Shown here: positions 20,138 to 31,119 of the stretch, in pieces | How positions within the stretch are numbered: position 1 is the stretch's first letter | Layout of the letters: every line of letters begins with the position of its first letter | Source: an uncultured cyanobacterium | GTDB taxonomy: Bacteria; Cyanobacteriota; Cyanobacteriia; Cyanobacteriales; CAWCAG01 | Direction of reading: 5' to 3' | DNA length: 64,000 nt | Assembly (NCBI GenBank): GCA_963793425.1 | Contig: CAWCAG010000005.1 | Coordinates: forward strand, 1,312,001 to 1,376,000 | The notes under the pieces: model-generated | The model's database searches: none | The model's input: the letters and a program-made list of their open reading frames with translations, nothing else | What the model was told of the DNA's origin: nothing | Translations under genes and position numbers: made by a program

Positions 20138-20319
20138 ACTCCTACGGTTTCTAACCACTCAAAAATCATATCTAATTGATTTAAACTAACTAATCCATAC
20201 TGCCAAAGCACCATGGGTAAAGAGTCGGTACTATGATTGCTGTGGCGTAAAGCAACATCAATAGAAGGTTCAGGAAGTGCTAAGTCATGGCGAAGGAAAT
20301 CAATTAATTGGTTCAGCAT
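20134..20319 (-). CDS. DUF2949 small protein
   Basis: LPMVLWQYGLVSLNQLDMIFEWL. Confidence 0.85.
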   Translation of the reverse strand: MLNQLIDFLRHDLALPEPSIDVALRHSNHSTDSLPMVLWQYGLVSLNQLDMIFEWLETVGV

Positions 20320-20484
20320 AAAAAATACTCTCTTTTTTGTCCCCTGGGTAAATTATTTTTATTTTTCTAACCCAAACTGATTATGACAAGTCCATATATG
20401 CGTACCAGTTTGCGTAATGTATACGCAATGTATAAATTAAAGGGAAGATAACGATTATTGATTTATTTAAGCTACTAATTCAAC

Positions 20485-20982
20485 ATGAACCTAAATATTC
20501 GCATTGGAAATGGTTATGATATTCACCGTTTGATAGAAGGAAGACCTTTAATTTTGGGTGGTGTAGAGATTCCCCATCATTTAGGATTATTAGGTCATAG
20601 TGACGCTGATGCCCTAACCCATGCCATTATGGACGCAATGTTAGGGGCTTTAAGTTTGGGAGATATTGGTCATTATTTTCCCCCTAGTGACCCTAAATGG
20701 GCTGGGGCTAATAGCTTAATGTTGCTTGAACAAGTTAATCAACTTATTACTGCCCAAGGTTGGCAAATTGGTAACCTTGATTCTGTGATTGTGGCGGAAC
20801 GTCCTAAACTCAAACCTCATCTTAAAACTATGGGCGATCGCCTAGCCCAAACTTTAAATTTAGAACCTTCCCAAGTTGGCATTAAAGCGACAACAAACGA
20901 AAAATTAGGCCCTGTGGGTAGGGAAGAAGGTATTTCCGCTTATGCAGTGGTGTTGTTGGTAAAAGAGAGTAACCCCAGCTAA
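20485..20982 (+). CDS. ispF: 2-C-methyl-D-erythritol 2,4-cyclodiphosphate synthase
   Basis: [29 protein letters not shown]. Confidence 0.97.
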   Translation: MNLNIRIGNGYDIHRLIEGRPLILGGVEIPHHLGLLGHSDADALTHAIMDAMLGALSLGDIGHYFPPSDPKWAGANSLMLLEQVNQLITAQGWQIGNLDSVIVAERPKLKPHLKTMGDRLAQTLNLEPSQVGIKATTNEKLGPVGREEGISAYAVVLLVKESNPS

Positions 20983-21145
20983 TCAATTGACATTCAAATT
21001 ATTCCTGTTAAACTAAGTCTTAATCTCATTGTAATTACTTACAGCCACAAAAAAAGCTTGCTCTAGCAAAAGCTTAAGGCATCTCTATTTTCAGCATCCA
21101 GGCGAAAAAACAATAACGGCAACTCACAATCCTGGTTCCAAATCA

Positions 21146-22233
21146 ATGGTGAAATTACTGAACAACCGCTATCGAGCCATTAGTACCTTGGGGAAAGGTG
21201 GCTTTGGGGAAACTTTTTTAGCGGAAGATACTCATAAGTTAATTCCCAAGGTAATTCTACCAGTTCTATAGTTATTGGTACTCCTGGTTTTATGCCTAGT
21301 GAACAAGCCGCAGGAAGGGCGGTTTATGCTAGTGATATCTATGCTGTGGGGTTGACAGCTATCTATCTCCTCACAGGGAAAATCCCCCAAAATTTAGCTA
21401 GTGACCCCCTGACAGGAGAAATTATTTGGCGACAGGTAGCGCCCCAGGTTAGCCCATCTTTGGCAGAAGTTTTAGATAAGGCGATTATGGCTCATTCTCG
21501 CGATCGCTTTGCTACGGCGAAAGAGATGCTTGCTGCACTGCAAAATAACTCCGAACAAATTCCTCCTACTATTACTTCTTCTCCTCTTCCTACTATTCCT
21601 TCCCCTCCACCAACCCTAACACCTGTAACTACCACTACATCAGGTACTTCTCAGAAAGGTTTGATTATTGCCGTGACTGTTGCGGGAATATTAATTGGTG
21701 CTTCTATTTTCGGTGGTTTTATGATAAGTAGCAATTCCAAGCAACAGCCTCAAGAGGAAGTAGCAACGGAAACATCAACTCCAGAAGTCAAGGAAGAATC
21801 GACAGAATCTCAACCGGAAGCAAGTCCTTCACCTGTAATAGAAAACTCTCCAGTCCCCAAACTTCCACCGTCACCGCCACCTGTATCAACAACTCCACCA
21901 CAGCAACAGCTAGCTATTCAATCACCAGAAGTACAATCCGAACAGAAGGGTTACTATTTCGTTACCGACTCTGCTTTTTCTGACTCTGGCAGTGCATCAT
22001 CACAAGTAAGCCGCTTACAAGCAGAGGGATATAATGGTGCAGGTATGTTTTGGATTAAAGACTATCCTAACCTATCTAACAAACCCCTTTATCAAGTTTA
22101 TGCTGCTCAGTTTAGCGATCGCAGCAGTTGTAGAAACTTTCTCCAAAATTACGCTCAACAGAATTCCGAATCTTATTGCGTTTTTGGTAGTAATGATCCT
22201 AATGCTTCTCCAGATCGATTTTATGCTCAGTAA
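21146..22233 (+). pseudogene. Hanks-type Ser/Thr kinase, internally deleted and frameshifted
   Basis: MVKLLNNRYRAISTLGKGGFGETFLAEDTH is joined out of frame to VNSQGNSTSSIVIGTPGFMPSEQ...SDIYAVG; no VAIK, HRD or DFG; Pro-rich linker, TM and extracytoplasmic tail intact. Confidence 0.85.
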
Positions 22234-22420
22234 GATCAATTATTAACACAATATTTTCTAGAATTTAACTTATGTTTAATCATCAAAAACAAGTTATAAT
22301 TCCCTTGCTTACTATCACGACAACACAAGTTTTATTTAGCTTACCAACTACTGCTCAAACTCCCTTAACTGAAGAATTGTTCTCCCAAATCTCAATAAAC
22401 CCACTCTGCAATTCTAGTTT

Positions 22421-22543
22421 CTAAAACTCCTTTTTTAATGCAGCATCACAACGTTCACAAATAGTCGGGTGTTCTTCAATAGTTCCTACCTGGCTTGAAT
22501 AATTCCAACAGCGATCGCACTTTTCCCCATCAGCTTTAACAAT
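22421..22543 (-). pseudogene. ileS: Isolated 3' fragment of isoleucyl-tRNA synthetase (C-terminal zinc finger)
   Basis: Translates [40 protein letters not shown]. Confidence 0.8.
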
Positions 22544-22740
22544 GTGCAGATGGCTACTACGTTCAATTCTGTATTTCTATTGAAGTTAGAGAACAGATGC
22601 AACCGACTGGCAAAGCTATCGGGTTAGACATGGGGTTAAAGTATTTCTATGCTGATAGCTTCGGTCATACAAGAGATATAGCTTCAGCAATTCGGATACT
22701 TATCGGATTGAGTACCGTAGGGCATACGGGAACTTACGCT
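22544..22740 (+). mobile_element. tnpB: IS200/IS605 tnpB remnant (two fused pieces)
   Basis: [38 protein letters not shown] (RuvC-I region) fused to C-terminal [22 protein letters not shown]. Confidence 0.8.
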
Positions 22741-22741
22741 A

Positions 22742-23118
22742 GCCATCATGGATGCTATGTTAGGGGCTTTGAGTTTGGGAGATATTGGTCATTATTTCCC
22801 CCCAGTGATCCTAAATGGGCTGGGGCTAATAGTTTAATGTTACTCGAACAAGTTAATCAACTTATTACTGCCCAAGGCTGGCAAATAGGTAATATTGATT
22901 CTGTGATTGTGGCAGAACGTCCTAAACTCAAACCTCATATTAAAATAATGGGCGATCGCCTTGCCCAAATTTTGAATTTGGACTCTTCTCAGGTTGGGAT
23001 TAAAGCGACAACAAACGAAAAATTAGGCCCTGTGGGTAGGGAAGAAGGTATTTCCGCTTATGCTGTGGTGTTGTTGGTTAATGACAGAAGTGTTGAACGA
23101 GGGAGGTGTGGGGGCTAA
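22742..23118 (+). pseudogene. ispF: 5'-truncated, frameshifted duplicate of ispF
   Basis: Close nucleotide match to about 20624-20961; one T lost near 22797; N-terminal DxH metal motif absent. Confidence 0.88.
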
Positions 23119-23275
23119 AAATAGAAACACTTCACCTATGAGCAAGAAAATAACCTCATGTGAATACTAGCTTTTTAAACCAGTGAACATCCCCTCGACT
23201 TTTCTCCTTTGCCACCCCACAAGGGCTTGACAGATTGTGCTTTTGCTTAACTTGTTACCAATGCCCATTGCCTAT

Positions 23276-24400
23276 TCAAACAAGCCAATAACTAGTCATT
23301 TCCCCCTTGCCTTTAACTGCAATTTTTCCTCTTTCTTCAAAATTATATTTTCCTTTTAATAACTCATAGCTGTGGGCAGAAACTTGAATTTTACCTGGGT
23401 CGCCGGAAGACTCCATGCGAGAAGCAACATTAACCGCATCTCCCCATAAATCGTAGATAAACTTATTTTTACCAATCACCCCCGCCACAACAGGCCCTGT
23501 ATTAATGCCAATGCGTATTTGAAAGGGTTCCCCTTCCTCCCTAGAAAAGTTGCCAATACAAGCTTGCATATCTAAAGCCATTTGCGCGATCGCCTCAGCA
23601 TGATCAGGTTTTGGGGTGGGTAGCCCTCCTACCACCATATAAGCATCGCCAATGGTTTTAATTTTCTCCAAACCATGTCTTTGGGTTAGTTGATCAAAAG
23701 CAGAGAAAATCTGATTGAGAATATCAACTATTTCTTTAGGAGAAATACTGGCTGCCAAAGGAGTAAAACCAACAATATCAGCAAAAAGAATTGTCACTTC
23801 TTCATATTGTTCAGCAATAGATTGGTGTGCCTGTTTTAACTTTTCAGCAATCGCTGCCGGAAAAATATTGAGGAGTAAAGTTTCTGATTTTCTTTGTTCT
23901 ATGCGTAGGGCATTTTCTACTTTTTCGCGATCCTTAATTTCTTGTTGCAGTAAGATATTTTGCTTTTCTAATTGTTTAGTTTTTAGTTTAAGACTAAGTT
24001 GTAGTTGTTGAATTTGCAACTGATTTTTCACCCTAGCAAATACCTCAGCATCCTGAAAAGGCTTGGTAATATAATCTATGCCACCCACTTCAAAAGCTTT
24101 AACCTTATCAAAAACATTATCCAAAGCACTAATAAAAATAACTGGAACCTGAGTCGTTTTCTCTTCGGCTTTCAGGCGCTCACAAACTTCATAACCGTCC
24201 ATTTCTGGCATACTAATATCCAGTAAAATCAAGTCGGGCAAATTAGCGGCTACTGAATCTAGAGCCATCTGACCATTCAAAGCTTTCCGGACTTTATACC
24301 CTTGCTTTTTCAGCATCACTGAGAGAAGGCGAAGGTTGTTGGGGGTATCATCAACAAGAAGGATATCTCCTCGCGAAGCATCAGCTTGGTTGTTCTTCAT
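23276..24400 (-). CDS. Response-regulator receiver / class III adenylate(guanylate) cyclase
   Basis: REC domain (VDD, DLILLD, YITKP), FADIVGF, KIKTIGDAYM, YDLWGDAVNVASRME (K/D specificity suggests ATP). Confidence 0.92.
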   Translation of the reverse strand: MKNNQADASRGDILLVDDTPNNLRLLSVMLKKQGYKVRKALNGQMALDSVAANLPDLILLDISMPEMDGYEVCERLKAEEKTTQVPVIFISALDNVFDKVKAFEVGGIDYITKPFQDAEVFARVKNQLQIQQLQLSLKLKTKQLEKQNILLQQEIKDREKVENALRIEQRKSETLLLNIFPAAIAEKLKQAHQSIAEQYEEVTILFADIVGFTPLAASISPKEIVDILNQIFSAFDQLTQRHGLEKIKTIGDAYMVVGGLPTPKPDHAEAIAQMALDMQACIGNFSREEGEPFQIRIGINTGPVVAGVIGKNKFIYDLWGDAVNVASRMESSGDPGKIQVSAHSYELLKGKYNFEERGKIAVKGKGEMTSYWLV

Positions 24401-27400
24401 TAATCTGTTGAATTAAGTCTCTTACTTTATCAAAGCGGAAGTTGTGGGCATAATCTTCTAAAGCTTGAGACAAGGGATTATAGTTTGGGGGTATAGCTGC
24501 AATCAATTCCAGAATCTGTTCGTCAAAACCTTGAATTGCTGCTTCTTGGAGTTGCATTGTCCATTCTGGGGGCATTTGTGATAGATAATTACTAATAGGC
24601 TGTTCTATTTGTGAATTATCCTTTTCAATACCCACAAATTCTTCTTCTTCTTCTTCTCCTTCGGAATAGGTATAGCTTACGCCCAAATGTTGAGCAATTT
24701 TTTCTAATAATACTTCTTCGCGAAATGGCTTCCGTAAAAAGTCATCGCAACCAATAGATAAAACCGCCTTGCGATCTTGTTCAAAAGCACTTGCTGTTAG
24801 GGCAATAATAACTGTAGCTTGACCTTTGGTGGTACTTTTGATTCGTTTCGATGCTTCATAGCCATTCATAACTGGCATTCGCATATCCATCCAAATTAGG
24901 TGAGGTTCCCAACTTTCCCAAACTTCAATAGCTTCTTGTCCATTCTTGGCTTCCTTGACTTCAAAACCAATCGAGAGCAATAATTTCAACAGAAGTTGGC
25001 GATTGGCCCAGCGGTCTTCTACAACTAAGATACGATAAGTAGGTTGATTTGGTGCTAAACCAGCAATTTGACGCTTGGGGACGGCGGGTTCAACTTCTTT
25101 AGCTGTGGCTGGTTTAGCTTGGATCTCGAAGCTGAAGACTGAACCATAATCTAATTGACTTTTAACTTTAATGTCTCCTCCCATCATTTGGATAAACTTG
25201 CGGCTAATCGGTAAACCTAAACCTGTACCCTCTTGAGCTTTCCAACCAGTTTCTGTTTGACCGAAGGCTTGGAAAAGTTGTTCTTTTTCTTTGGGGGATA
25301 TACCAGGGCCGGTATCTTCAACTTCAAAACGCAGCTTAATTGTGCTGTCACCATTGTTATTACCCCCAGAAATTGTCCCAACCCGCAAAGAAACTCCTCC
25401 TTCTTCAGTAAACTTAATGCCGTTACCTAAAAGATTAATCAGGACTTGACGCAATTTACTCTCGTCAGTTTTGATATATTGAGGTAAATTGGGAGCAAAT
25501 TCAAAAAGAAGCTGTAAATCTTTGCTAGTAGCCCTGTTTTCTAACATATCTTCTATGTCTTCTAACAAGCGATAAAGATCGAAACTGACAGGATTAAAAG
25601 TTGTTCTTCCTGCCTCAATTTTAGACATCTCCAGCACGTCATTAATTAAGGAGAGTAAATGTTCCCCACTACGATTAATAATTTCTAAATTGTTCTTCTG
25701 CTCTTTGGTAAGGTTGCGATCGCGGTTCATTACTTGGGTAAAGCCCAAAATCGCATTGAGGGGTGTCCGTAACTCATGACTCATGTTAGCCAAAAACTCG
25801 CTTTTGGCGCGGTTGGCGGCATCCGCGGCTTCTTTGGCTTGTTGCAATTCTGCTTCAGCTTGTTTGCGATCGCTAATGTCACGGGCAATACCGATGGCGT
25901 AAAGCGCTTGCCCTGTTTCATCCCTTACTGCTGAGAGGTTAGATATATGCCAACGCCAGCTACCATTTTTATGCTTAACTCGATATTCAATGCCATCCAG
26001 CTTTTCTGTTGCTTCTAGGAGTTGAGAGTAAAAAGTTGCACATTTTTCTAAATCATTAGGATGGACAAAATCAGCAAAATGTTTACCCAATACCTCATCA
26101 ACATCATGACCTAAAAGATCAGTCCAATTGGGGGCAACGTAAGAAAATACTCCTTCTAAGCTAAGTAAATAAATAATATCCTTAGCATTTTCTACTATGC
26201 TGCGAAACTTCAACTCACTTTGGCGCAAAGCTTTTTCGGTTCGCAGGCGATCGCTAATATCTTTGAGCATGACGGTAAAAATTTTGCCGTCTTGTAATTG
26301 CAACTTAGAAATGGATGCTTCAGCAGGAAATTGAGAACCATTTTTACGTAGAGCAAAAACTTTCCCGGAACGCTCAGCCATTCTCCGGGCTTGCTGAGGA
26401 GAAATACCAAAGCTGCTAATATGTTCAGAGTGGATGCTGCGAACAGCTTCAGGAAGAAGAATATCTAAAGACTGACCTAAAATTTCTTCCGTTGTATAAC
26501 CAAAAATCTTTTCTGCACCTTGATTGAACAACAGGATCTTATTCTTTTCATCTACAGAAATAATCCCTTCTTCAGCATTATCTAAAATACCCGCTAATCT
26601 TTTCTGACTTTCCCGCAGGGCAATTTCTACTCGCTTGCGTTGAGTGATTTCGGTTAAGATGCCATCCCAAATGATGCTACCGCTTTTTTGTTTTTCTGGT
26701 CGCGAGTCTGATTGTACCCATTTTGTTCTCCCACCTACAAGAATCCTGCCTACCCAATGCATTGGTTCTAAGGTTTGGGCAGATAAGGCGGTAAGTTCCT
26801 TGGATTGTTCTAAATCTTCAGGATAAACAGTTTTAAGAATTAGATTAGCATCTTTAATCGCTTCTTCTGGCTCCACTTCATAAATATCTCGACAAGCAGA
26901 ACTAACATAAATAAATTTCCAAGAACCATTATTAAGAAGTTTGGCACGATAAATCATACCTGGGACATTGGCAGCAAGGTTGCCGTATCTTTTGTTACTC
27001 TTTTGTAAAGCTTTTTCGACTTCAAATCTAGCTTGAGCGATCGCCATCAAAGTTCCTACACGCTCAAATAAATCAATATCTTCGCTACTCCACCTCCGGG
27101 AAGTAGCGATCACTTCAAGCCCAATAAAACCCACCACTATCCCTCTATGGCTCATAGGGACCTGCACAAAAGACTTAACTAGGTTTTTCTCAAATTCTGC
27201 TTTTTCTGAGGCTGCTTCGGGGGGTAAAGCGGCAACATTATGGACTTGGAGGGTTTTAAACTTTAAAAGATTGCTATGGAACCAAGAATTGTGGTTAACC
27301 GAAAGGCTTTGATATTGAGACTTGAGGGAATTAATGCCTTCGTTGCACCATTCATGGGTCAAATCTATATAATCAGCATCATCTTTATAGCGATAAACAT

Positions 27401-27929
27401 AAGCGCGATCGCCAGCCAAAAATTCCCCCAAAGCTTGCAAAGCAAAATCAATAGCGATATCTAAATCTTGGTCAATAAACTGCTGAGAAATATTGCTCAG
27501 TAAACTATCCCTGGCAGCGCGATATTGTAAGGTTTTTTGTTGATAAGGTAATTGTTTCTCAATGCAACCTAAAAGTTCTGCTGGTAAAAAAGGGCTAATA
27601 ATATAGTCTGCCCCCCCGCTACTATAAATTTTTTCTCGCTCTTGTAATTGCTCAGCTTCAAGAATAAATATAACTGGAATTTTATTGATTGTTGGCTCGG
27701 CTTTGAGTTCTTGGCACAGTTTATAACCCAGATTTCCTGCCCTAAGTAAAATTAAAGTAGGGGCTACAGAATGGATAGCCGTGAGAACCTCACTTGTCGG
27801 GAAAAATTCTTTGACTTTATAGCCTTGCTCTATTAATCTTGCGGACAGATTCTGTAAATCAGGTAGCGAATTGTCAACAAAAAGGAGATTGGCCCTTGTT
27901 ATATCCGCTCGATTGCTGCTCATAAGCAA
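24381..27929 (-). CDS. Hybrid sensor histidine kinase (pseudo-REC, GAF, 3x PAS, HisKA, HATPase, REC)
   Basis: FLANMSHELRTPL, NLLGNGIKF, DTGPGI, GTGLGL, C-terminal WMDMRMP receiver. Confidence 0.92.
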   Translation of the reverse strand: MLMSSNRADITRANLLFVDNSLPDLQNLSARLIEQGYKVKEFFPTSEVLTAIHSVAPTLILLRAGNLGYKLCQELKAEPTINKIPVIFILEAEQLQEREKIYSSGGADYIISPFLPAELLGCIEKQLPYQQKTLQYRAARDSLLSNISQQFIDQDLDIAIDFALQALGEFLAGDRAYVYRYKDDADYIDLTHEWCNEGINSLKSQYQSLSVNHNSWFHSNLLKFKTLQVHNVAALPPEAASEKAEFEKNLVKSFVQVPMSHRGIVVGFIGLEVIATSRRWSSEDIDLFERVGTLMAIAQARFEVEKALQKSNKRYGNLAANVPGMIYRAKLLNNGSWKFIYVSSACRDIYEVEPEEAIKDANLILKTVYPEDLEQSKELTALSAQTLEPMHWVGRILVGGRTKWVQSDSRPEKQKSGSIIWDGILTEITQRKRVEIALRESQKRLAGILDNAEEGIISVDEKNKILLFNQGAEKIFGYTTEEILGQSLDILLPEAVRSIHSEHISSFGISPQQARRMAERSGKVFALRKNGSQFPAEASISKLQLQDGKIFTVMLKDISDRLRTEKALRQSELKFRSIVENAKDIIYLLSLEGVFSYVAPNWTDLLGHDVDEVLGKHFADFVHPNDLEKCATFYSQLLEATEKLDGIEYRVKHKNGSWRWHISNLSAVRDETGQALYAIGIARDISDRKQAEAELQQAKEAADAANRAKSEFLANMSHELRTPLNAILGFTQVMNRDRNLTKEQKNNLEIINRSGEHLLSLINDVLEMSKIEAGRTTFNPVSFDLYRLLEDIEDMLENRATSKDLQLLFEFAPNLPQYIKTDESKLRQVLINLLGNGIKFTEEGGVSLRVGTISGGNNNGDSTIKLRFEVEDTGPGISPKEKEQLFQAFGQTETGWKAQEGTGLGLPISRKFIQMMGGDIKVKSQLDYGSVFSFEIQAKPATAKEVEPAVPKRQIAGLAPNQPTYRILVVEDRWANRQLLLKLLLSIGFEVKEAKNGQEAIEVWESWEPHLIWMDMRMPVMNGYEASKRIKSTTKGQATVIIALTASAFEQDRKAVLSIGCDDFLRKPFREEVLLEKIAQHLGVSYTYSEGEEEEEEFVGIEKDNSQIEQPISNYLSQMPPEWTMQLQEAAIQGFDEQILELIAAIPPNYNPLSQALEDYAHNFRFDKVRDLIQQINEEQPS

Positions 27930-28260
27930 TTTAGAAAGAGATGATTTTTAGTTGGCGGTTTGGTAACTGCTCCCTGTCGTCTGTAAGATGCTCGCTCCCT
28001 TATAGCAATTAGCAATTCTAATTGCTAGGTCTTTATTTCTGCAGACGTATTTTGTCTTGATATGTTCTGCCTTTATTCATTGTCTCAAAAATATTTGTTT
28101 CTCGGTAGGGATAATGAGATATTTCAGGAAATTCCCCGAGAAAAACAAAATTATTTGCTTAAAATCACGCAACTTAATAGGGAAAAATATTAATTCAATT
28201 TAAAGCTAGCGACCAAAAAGTATGGAAAGATGTTGATCAATGTTTAATCATAAATGATCA

Positions 28261-28980
28261 ATGGTATTAGCTGGGGTGCGAATTATTTTAGTAGAACCTG
28301 CGGGGGCGCTTAATGTCGGTTCGGTGGCACGGGTAATGAAAAACATGGGTTTGCAGCAACTAATCCTGGTAAATCCTCAGTGTGATGTCCAAAGTTTGGC
28401 AGCACGGAAGATGGCTATGCACGGTAGAGATGTTCTTGAACAAGCACAACAAGTGGAGACTTTACCATTAGCATTACAAGGATGCCAGAGGGCTATGGCT
28501 ACAACAGCCCGTTCCCGCGCTGTATCTAACCAATTTTATACTCCAAGAGAGGGGATTTCTTGGTTATTAGGAGAAAATCTTTCTTCGGCATTAATATTTG
28601 GTAGAGAAGACCGGGGCTTAAGCAATGAAGAGTTGAATTATGCCCAAAAGTTCATCTCCATTCCTGCTAATCCAGAGTATCCTTCTTTGAATTTAGCTCA
28701 AGCTGTAGCAGTTTGTACCTACGAGTTATACTTAGCCTGCCAAGACCAAAGGGTATCAACAGATGCTCCCGAAACTGCGACTTTAGATGTTTTAGAAGGA
28801 TACTATCAACAGCTAGAAGACCTATTGTTAAAAATAGGTTATCTTTATCCCCATACTGCTAAAGCCCGTATGGAAAAGCTTCGCCGCCTATATAATCGAG
28901 GAAATTTAACTCAAGAGGAGGTTGCTATGTTGAGGGGGATTTTGCGACAAATGAATTGGGCAAGTAGGGAGACATCGTAG
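28261..28980 (+). CDS. TrmJ/LasT-family SPOUT RNA methyltransferase
   Basis: NVGSVARVMKNMG, FGREDRGLSNEEL, SLNLAQAV. Confidence 0.9.
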   Translation: MVLAGVRIILVEPAGALNVGSVARVMKNMGLQQLILVNPQCDVQSLAARKMAMHGRDVLEQAQQVETLPLALQGCQRAMATTARSRAVSNQFYTPREGISWLLGENLSSALIFGREDRGLSNEELNYAQKFISIPANPEYPSLNLAQAVAVCTYELYLACQDQRVSTDAPETATLDVLEGYYQQLEDLLLKIGYLYPHTAKARMEKLRRLYNRGNLTQEEVAMLRGILRQMNWASRETS

Positions 28981-29101
28981 ACGGGGGGACTCGGAAGTAA
29001 TAAGTAACAAGTAATAGGTAATAGGTAAGTTGAGAATGTACTATTTCTTATTCCTTTACACAACTAGCAACTAGCCATTAGCAATTTTAGGAGTAGTAGA
29101 T

Positions 29102-30502
29102 GTGACCAAACAGTTTAATCTGCGGCCGTTTGAGTCAAGGAAATCAAATAATTCGACATCTTTGCCTTCCCAACGTCGGACTAAGAGATCGTTATCTCAG
29201 AAGGGAAGTAAACAGCCCACGGAAAGAGTGACTAATTTATCGTCTCGGAAACCTCGTCAGAGAAGGAAGCGGGCTTCTGCTTATTCTCTGGGTCGAAAAT
29301 CTCCTACTACTAGTTTTGAGAGCCTTCCTCAGCGTTCTAGGGTGCAATCTAGTCCAGATATTACTAAAAGAGTGGCCCGAAGGCGGCAGAGAAGAGAAGC
29401 ACTCCTTGAGACAGCGGCTTTAAGGAATTCTCAGCCCAGAAAAGCGACACCAAAAAAGACTCGCCGCAAAGTTAAACGTCCCCCTTCTCCTTTAATTTAT
29501 ATTCTTCGCTTACTGATTTTGGGCATTGGTCTTGCTGCTATTGTTGGTACAATCATTTCTACGGTAAATCCGGCTAGGCAAGTTACCGCAGAAAGTGCAG
29601 CGAGACAAACGGAACAAAGCGCAGAGAATGCGAGTAGTAAAGTTACGGTTTCTTTAGGTCAAGAAATTGTTGCTTTAAAAACGGAAATAGAAGCCCTAAC
29701 TAAAGCTAATTCTCAGTTAGATACAGGGGTGTTTTTTATAGATTTGGATACAGGGAATTATCTAGATTTACAAGGTAATAAAACCTTTGCTGCTGCTAGT
29801 ACAATTAAAGTTCCGGTTTTAGTTGCTTTTTTCCAGGATGTGGACGCAGGAAAAATTAATTTAAACGATACTTTAACTTTAGAAGCAGGGGATCTTGGTG
29901 ATGGTTCAGGAGATTTACAATATCAACAATTAGGAACTACCTATACAGCTTTGGAAGTGGCAACCAAGATGATTGAAATTAGTGACAACACAGCCACTAA
30001 TATGATTATCCGGCACTTGGGAGGGAAAGAAGCTTTAAACTCCCGTTTCCGTAGCTGGGGCTTAACTGCAACCGTAATTAATAATCCCTTACCAGATATC
30101 GAAGGAACCAATACCACCAATCCTCAAGAGTTAGCTAATTTGATGGCTGTGATTAATCGAGGGCAACTAGTTTCGATGAAATCGGGCGATCGCATCTTAG
30201 ATATTATGGAAATGACAGCTAATGATAGCCTCTTGCCCCAAGGTTTAGAGCCTGGAGCAACTATTGCCCATAAAACAGGTAATATAGGCTCTTTAGTGGC
30301 AGATGTAGGTCAAGTGGATATGCCCAGCGGAAAGCGTTACATTGCTTCAGTGATGGTGAAACGTCCCCGCAACGATTCTAGCGCCCAACAACTAATTCAA
30401 GAAATTTCCCGCGTTGCTTACGAGCATTTTAATCAACCAACAGCTCAACCAGATGTTACCACAAGTCCTAGGAGGACATCGGGTTCGGTAGCGAGGAATT
30501 AA
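29102..30502 (+). CDS. Class A beta-lactamase-related serine hydrolase (PBP-A-like), membrane anchored
   Basis: SxxK (ASTIK), SDN and KTG motifs; long Arg-rich N-terminus and one TM. Confidence 0.85.
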   Translation: MTKQFNLRPFESRKSNNSTSLPSQRRTKRSLSQKGSKQPTERVTNLSSRKPRQRRKRASAYSLGRKSPTTSFESLPQRSRVQSSPDITKRVARRRQRREALLETAALRNSQPRKATPKKTRRKVKRPPSPLIYILRLLILGIGLAAIVGTIISTVNPARQVTAESAARQTEQSAENASSKVTVSLGQEIVALKTEIEALTKANSQLDTGVFFIDLDTGNYLDLQGNKTFAAASTIKVPVLVAFFQDVDAGKINLNDTLTLEAGDLGDGSGDLQYQQLGTTYTALEVATKMIEISDNTATNMIIRHLGGKEALNSRFRSWGLTATVINNPLPDIEGTNTTNPQELANLMAVINRGQLVSMKSGDRILDIMEMTANDSLLPQGLEPGATIAHKTGNIGSLVADVGQVDMPSGKRYIASVMVKRPRNDSSAQQLIQEISRVAYEHFNQPTAQPDVTTSPRRTSGSVARN

Positions 30503-30540
30503 TAATGGCTAACGCCTAACTGTGCAAAGGAATTTGATGT

Positions 30541-31119
30541 ATGAATACAATTCCAGTTATTATTCCCCAGACTCTTAAAGTAACCCAACAACAGTTTGAA
30601 CAACTGGCGATCGCGAATGGAGAGGTACGACTCGAACGTAGTGCTACAGGAGAATTAATTACTATGCCACCCACCGGGGGAAATACAGGAAAACGAAATA
30701 TTGATCTTACCTTTCAGCTTCAGGGATGGACTCGTCAAACCAAGTTAGGAGTTGCTTTTGATTCTTCCACTGCTTTTAAGCTTCCTAACGGTGCAAATCG
30801 TTCTCCTGATGCGGCTTGGGTGAGTCAACAAAGATGGGATGCCTTAACAACAGCACAGCAAGAAACTTTTCCTCCCCTTTGCCCTGATTTTGTCATTGAG
30901 TTGCGTTCTAAGAGTGACAACATGGAACCTTTACGCAAAAAGATGCAGGAATTTTTAGAGAATGGTTTGCGTTTAGGATGGTTGATTGATGCTAAAAACA
31001 AACGAGTGGAAATTTATCGCCCAAATCAGGAAGTTGAGGTATTAGAGTCTCCTGTAAGTTTATCAGGAGAAGAGGTTTTACAGGGTTTTGTACTTGATTT
31101 ACAGGTTGTTTTTGGATAA
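30541..31119 (+). CDS. Uma2-family PD-(D/E)XK endonuclease
   Basis: FDSSTAFKLPNGANRSPDAAW, PDFVIELRS, LGWLID. Confidence 0.92.
   Translation: MNTIPVIIPQTLKVTQQQFEQLAIANGEVRLERSATGELITMPPTGGNTGKRNIDLTFQLQGWTRQTKLGVAFDSSTAFKLPNGANRSPDAAWVSQQRWDALTTAQQETFPPLCPDFVIELRSKSDNMEPLRKKMQEFLENGLRLGWLIDAKNKRVEIYRPNQEVEVLESPVSLSGEEVLQGFVLDLQVVFG

Noticed and set aside
20624..23082. ispF repeat pair as a DGR template/variable repeat
   Set aside because: Differences are mostly synonymous and not adenine-specific; no reverse transcriptase in the window
22597..23118. 173-aa ORF as a genuine TnpB-IspF fusion protein
   Set aside because: Chimera of fragments; its middle is out-of-frame ispF and both parts lack essential motifs
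29102..30502. Antibiotic-resistance beta-lactamase
   Set aside because: Membrane-anchored cyanobacterial PBP-A-like protein; no canonical omega-loop ExxLN motif visible
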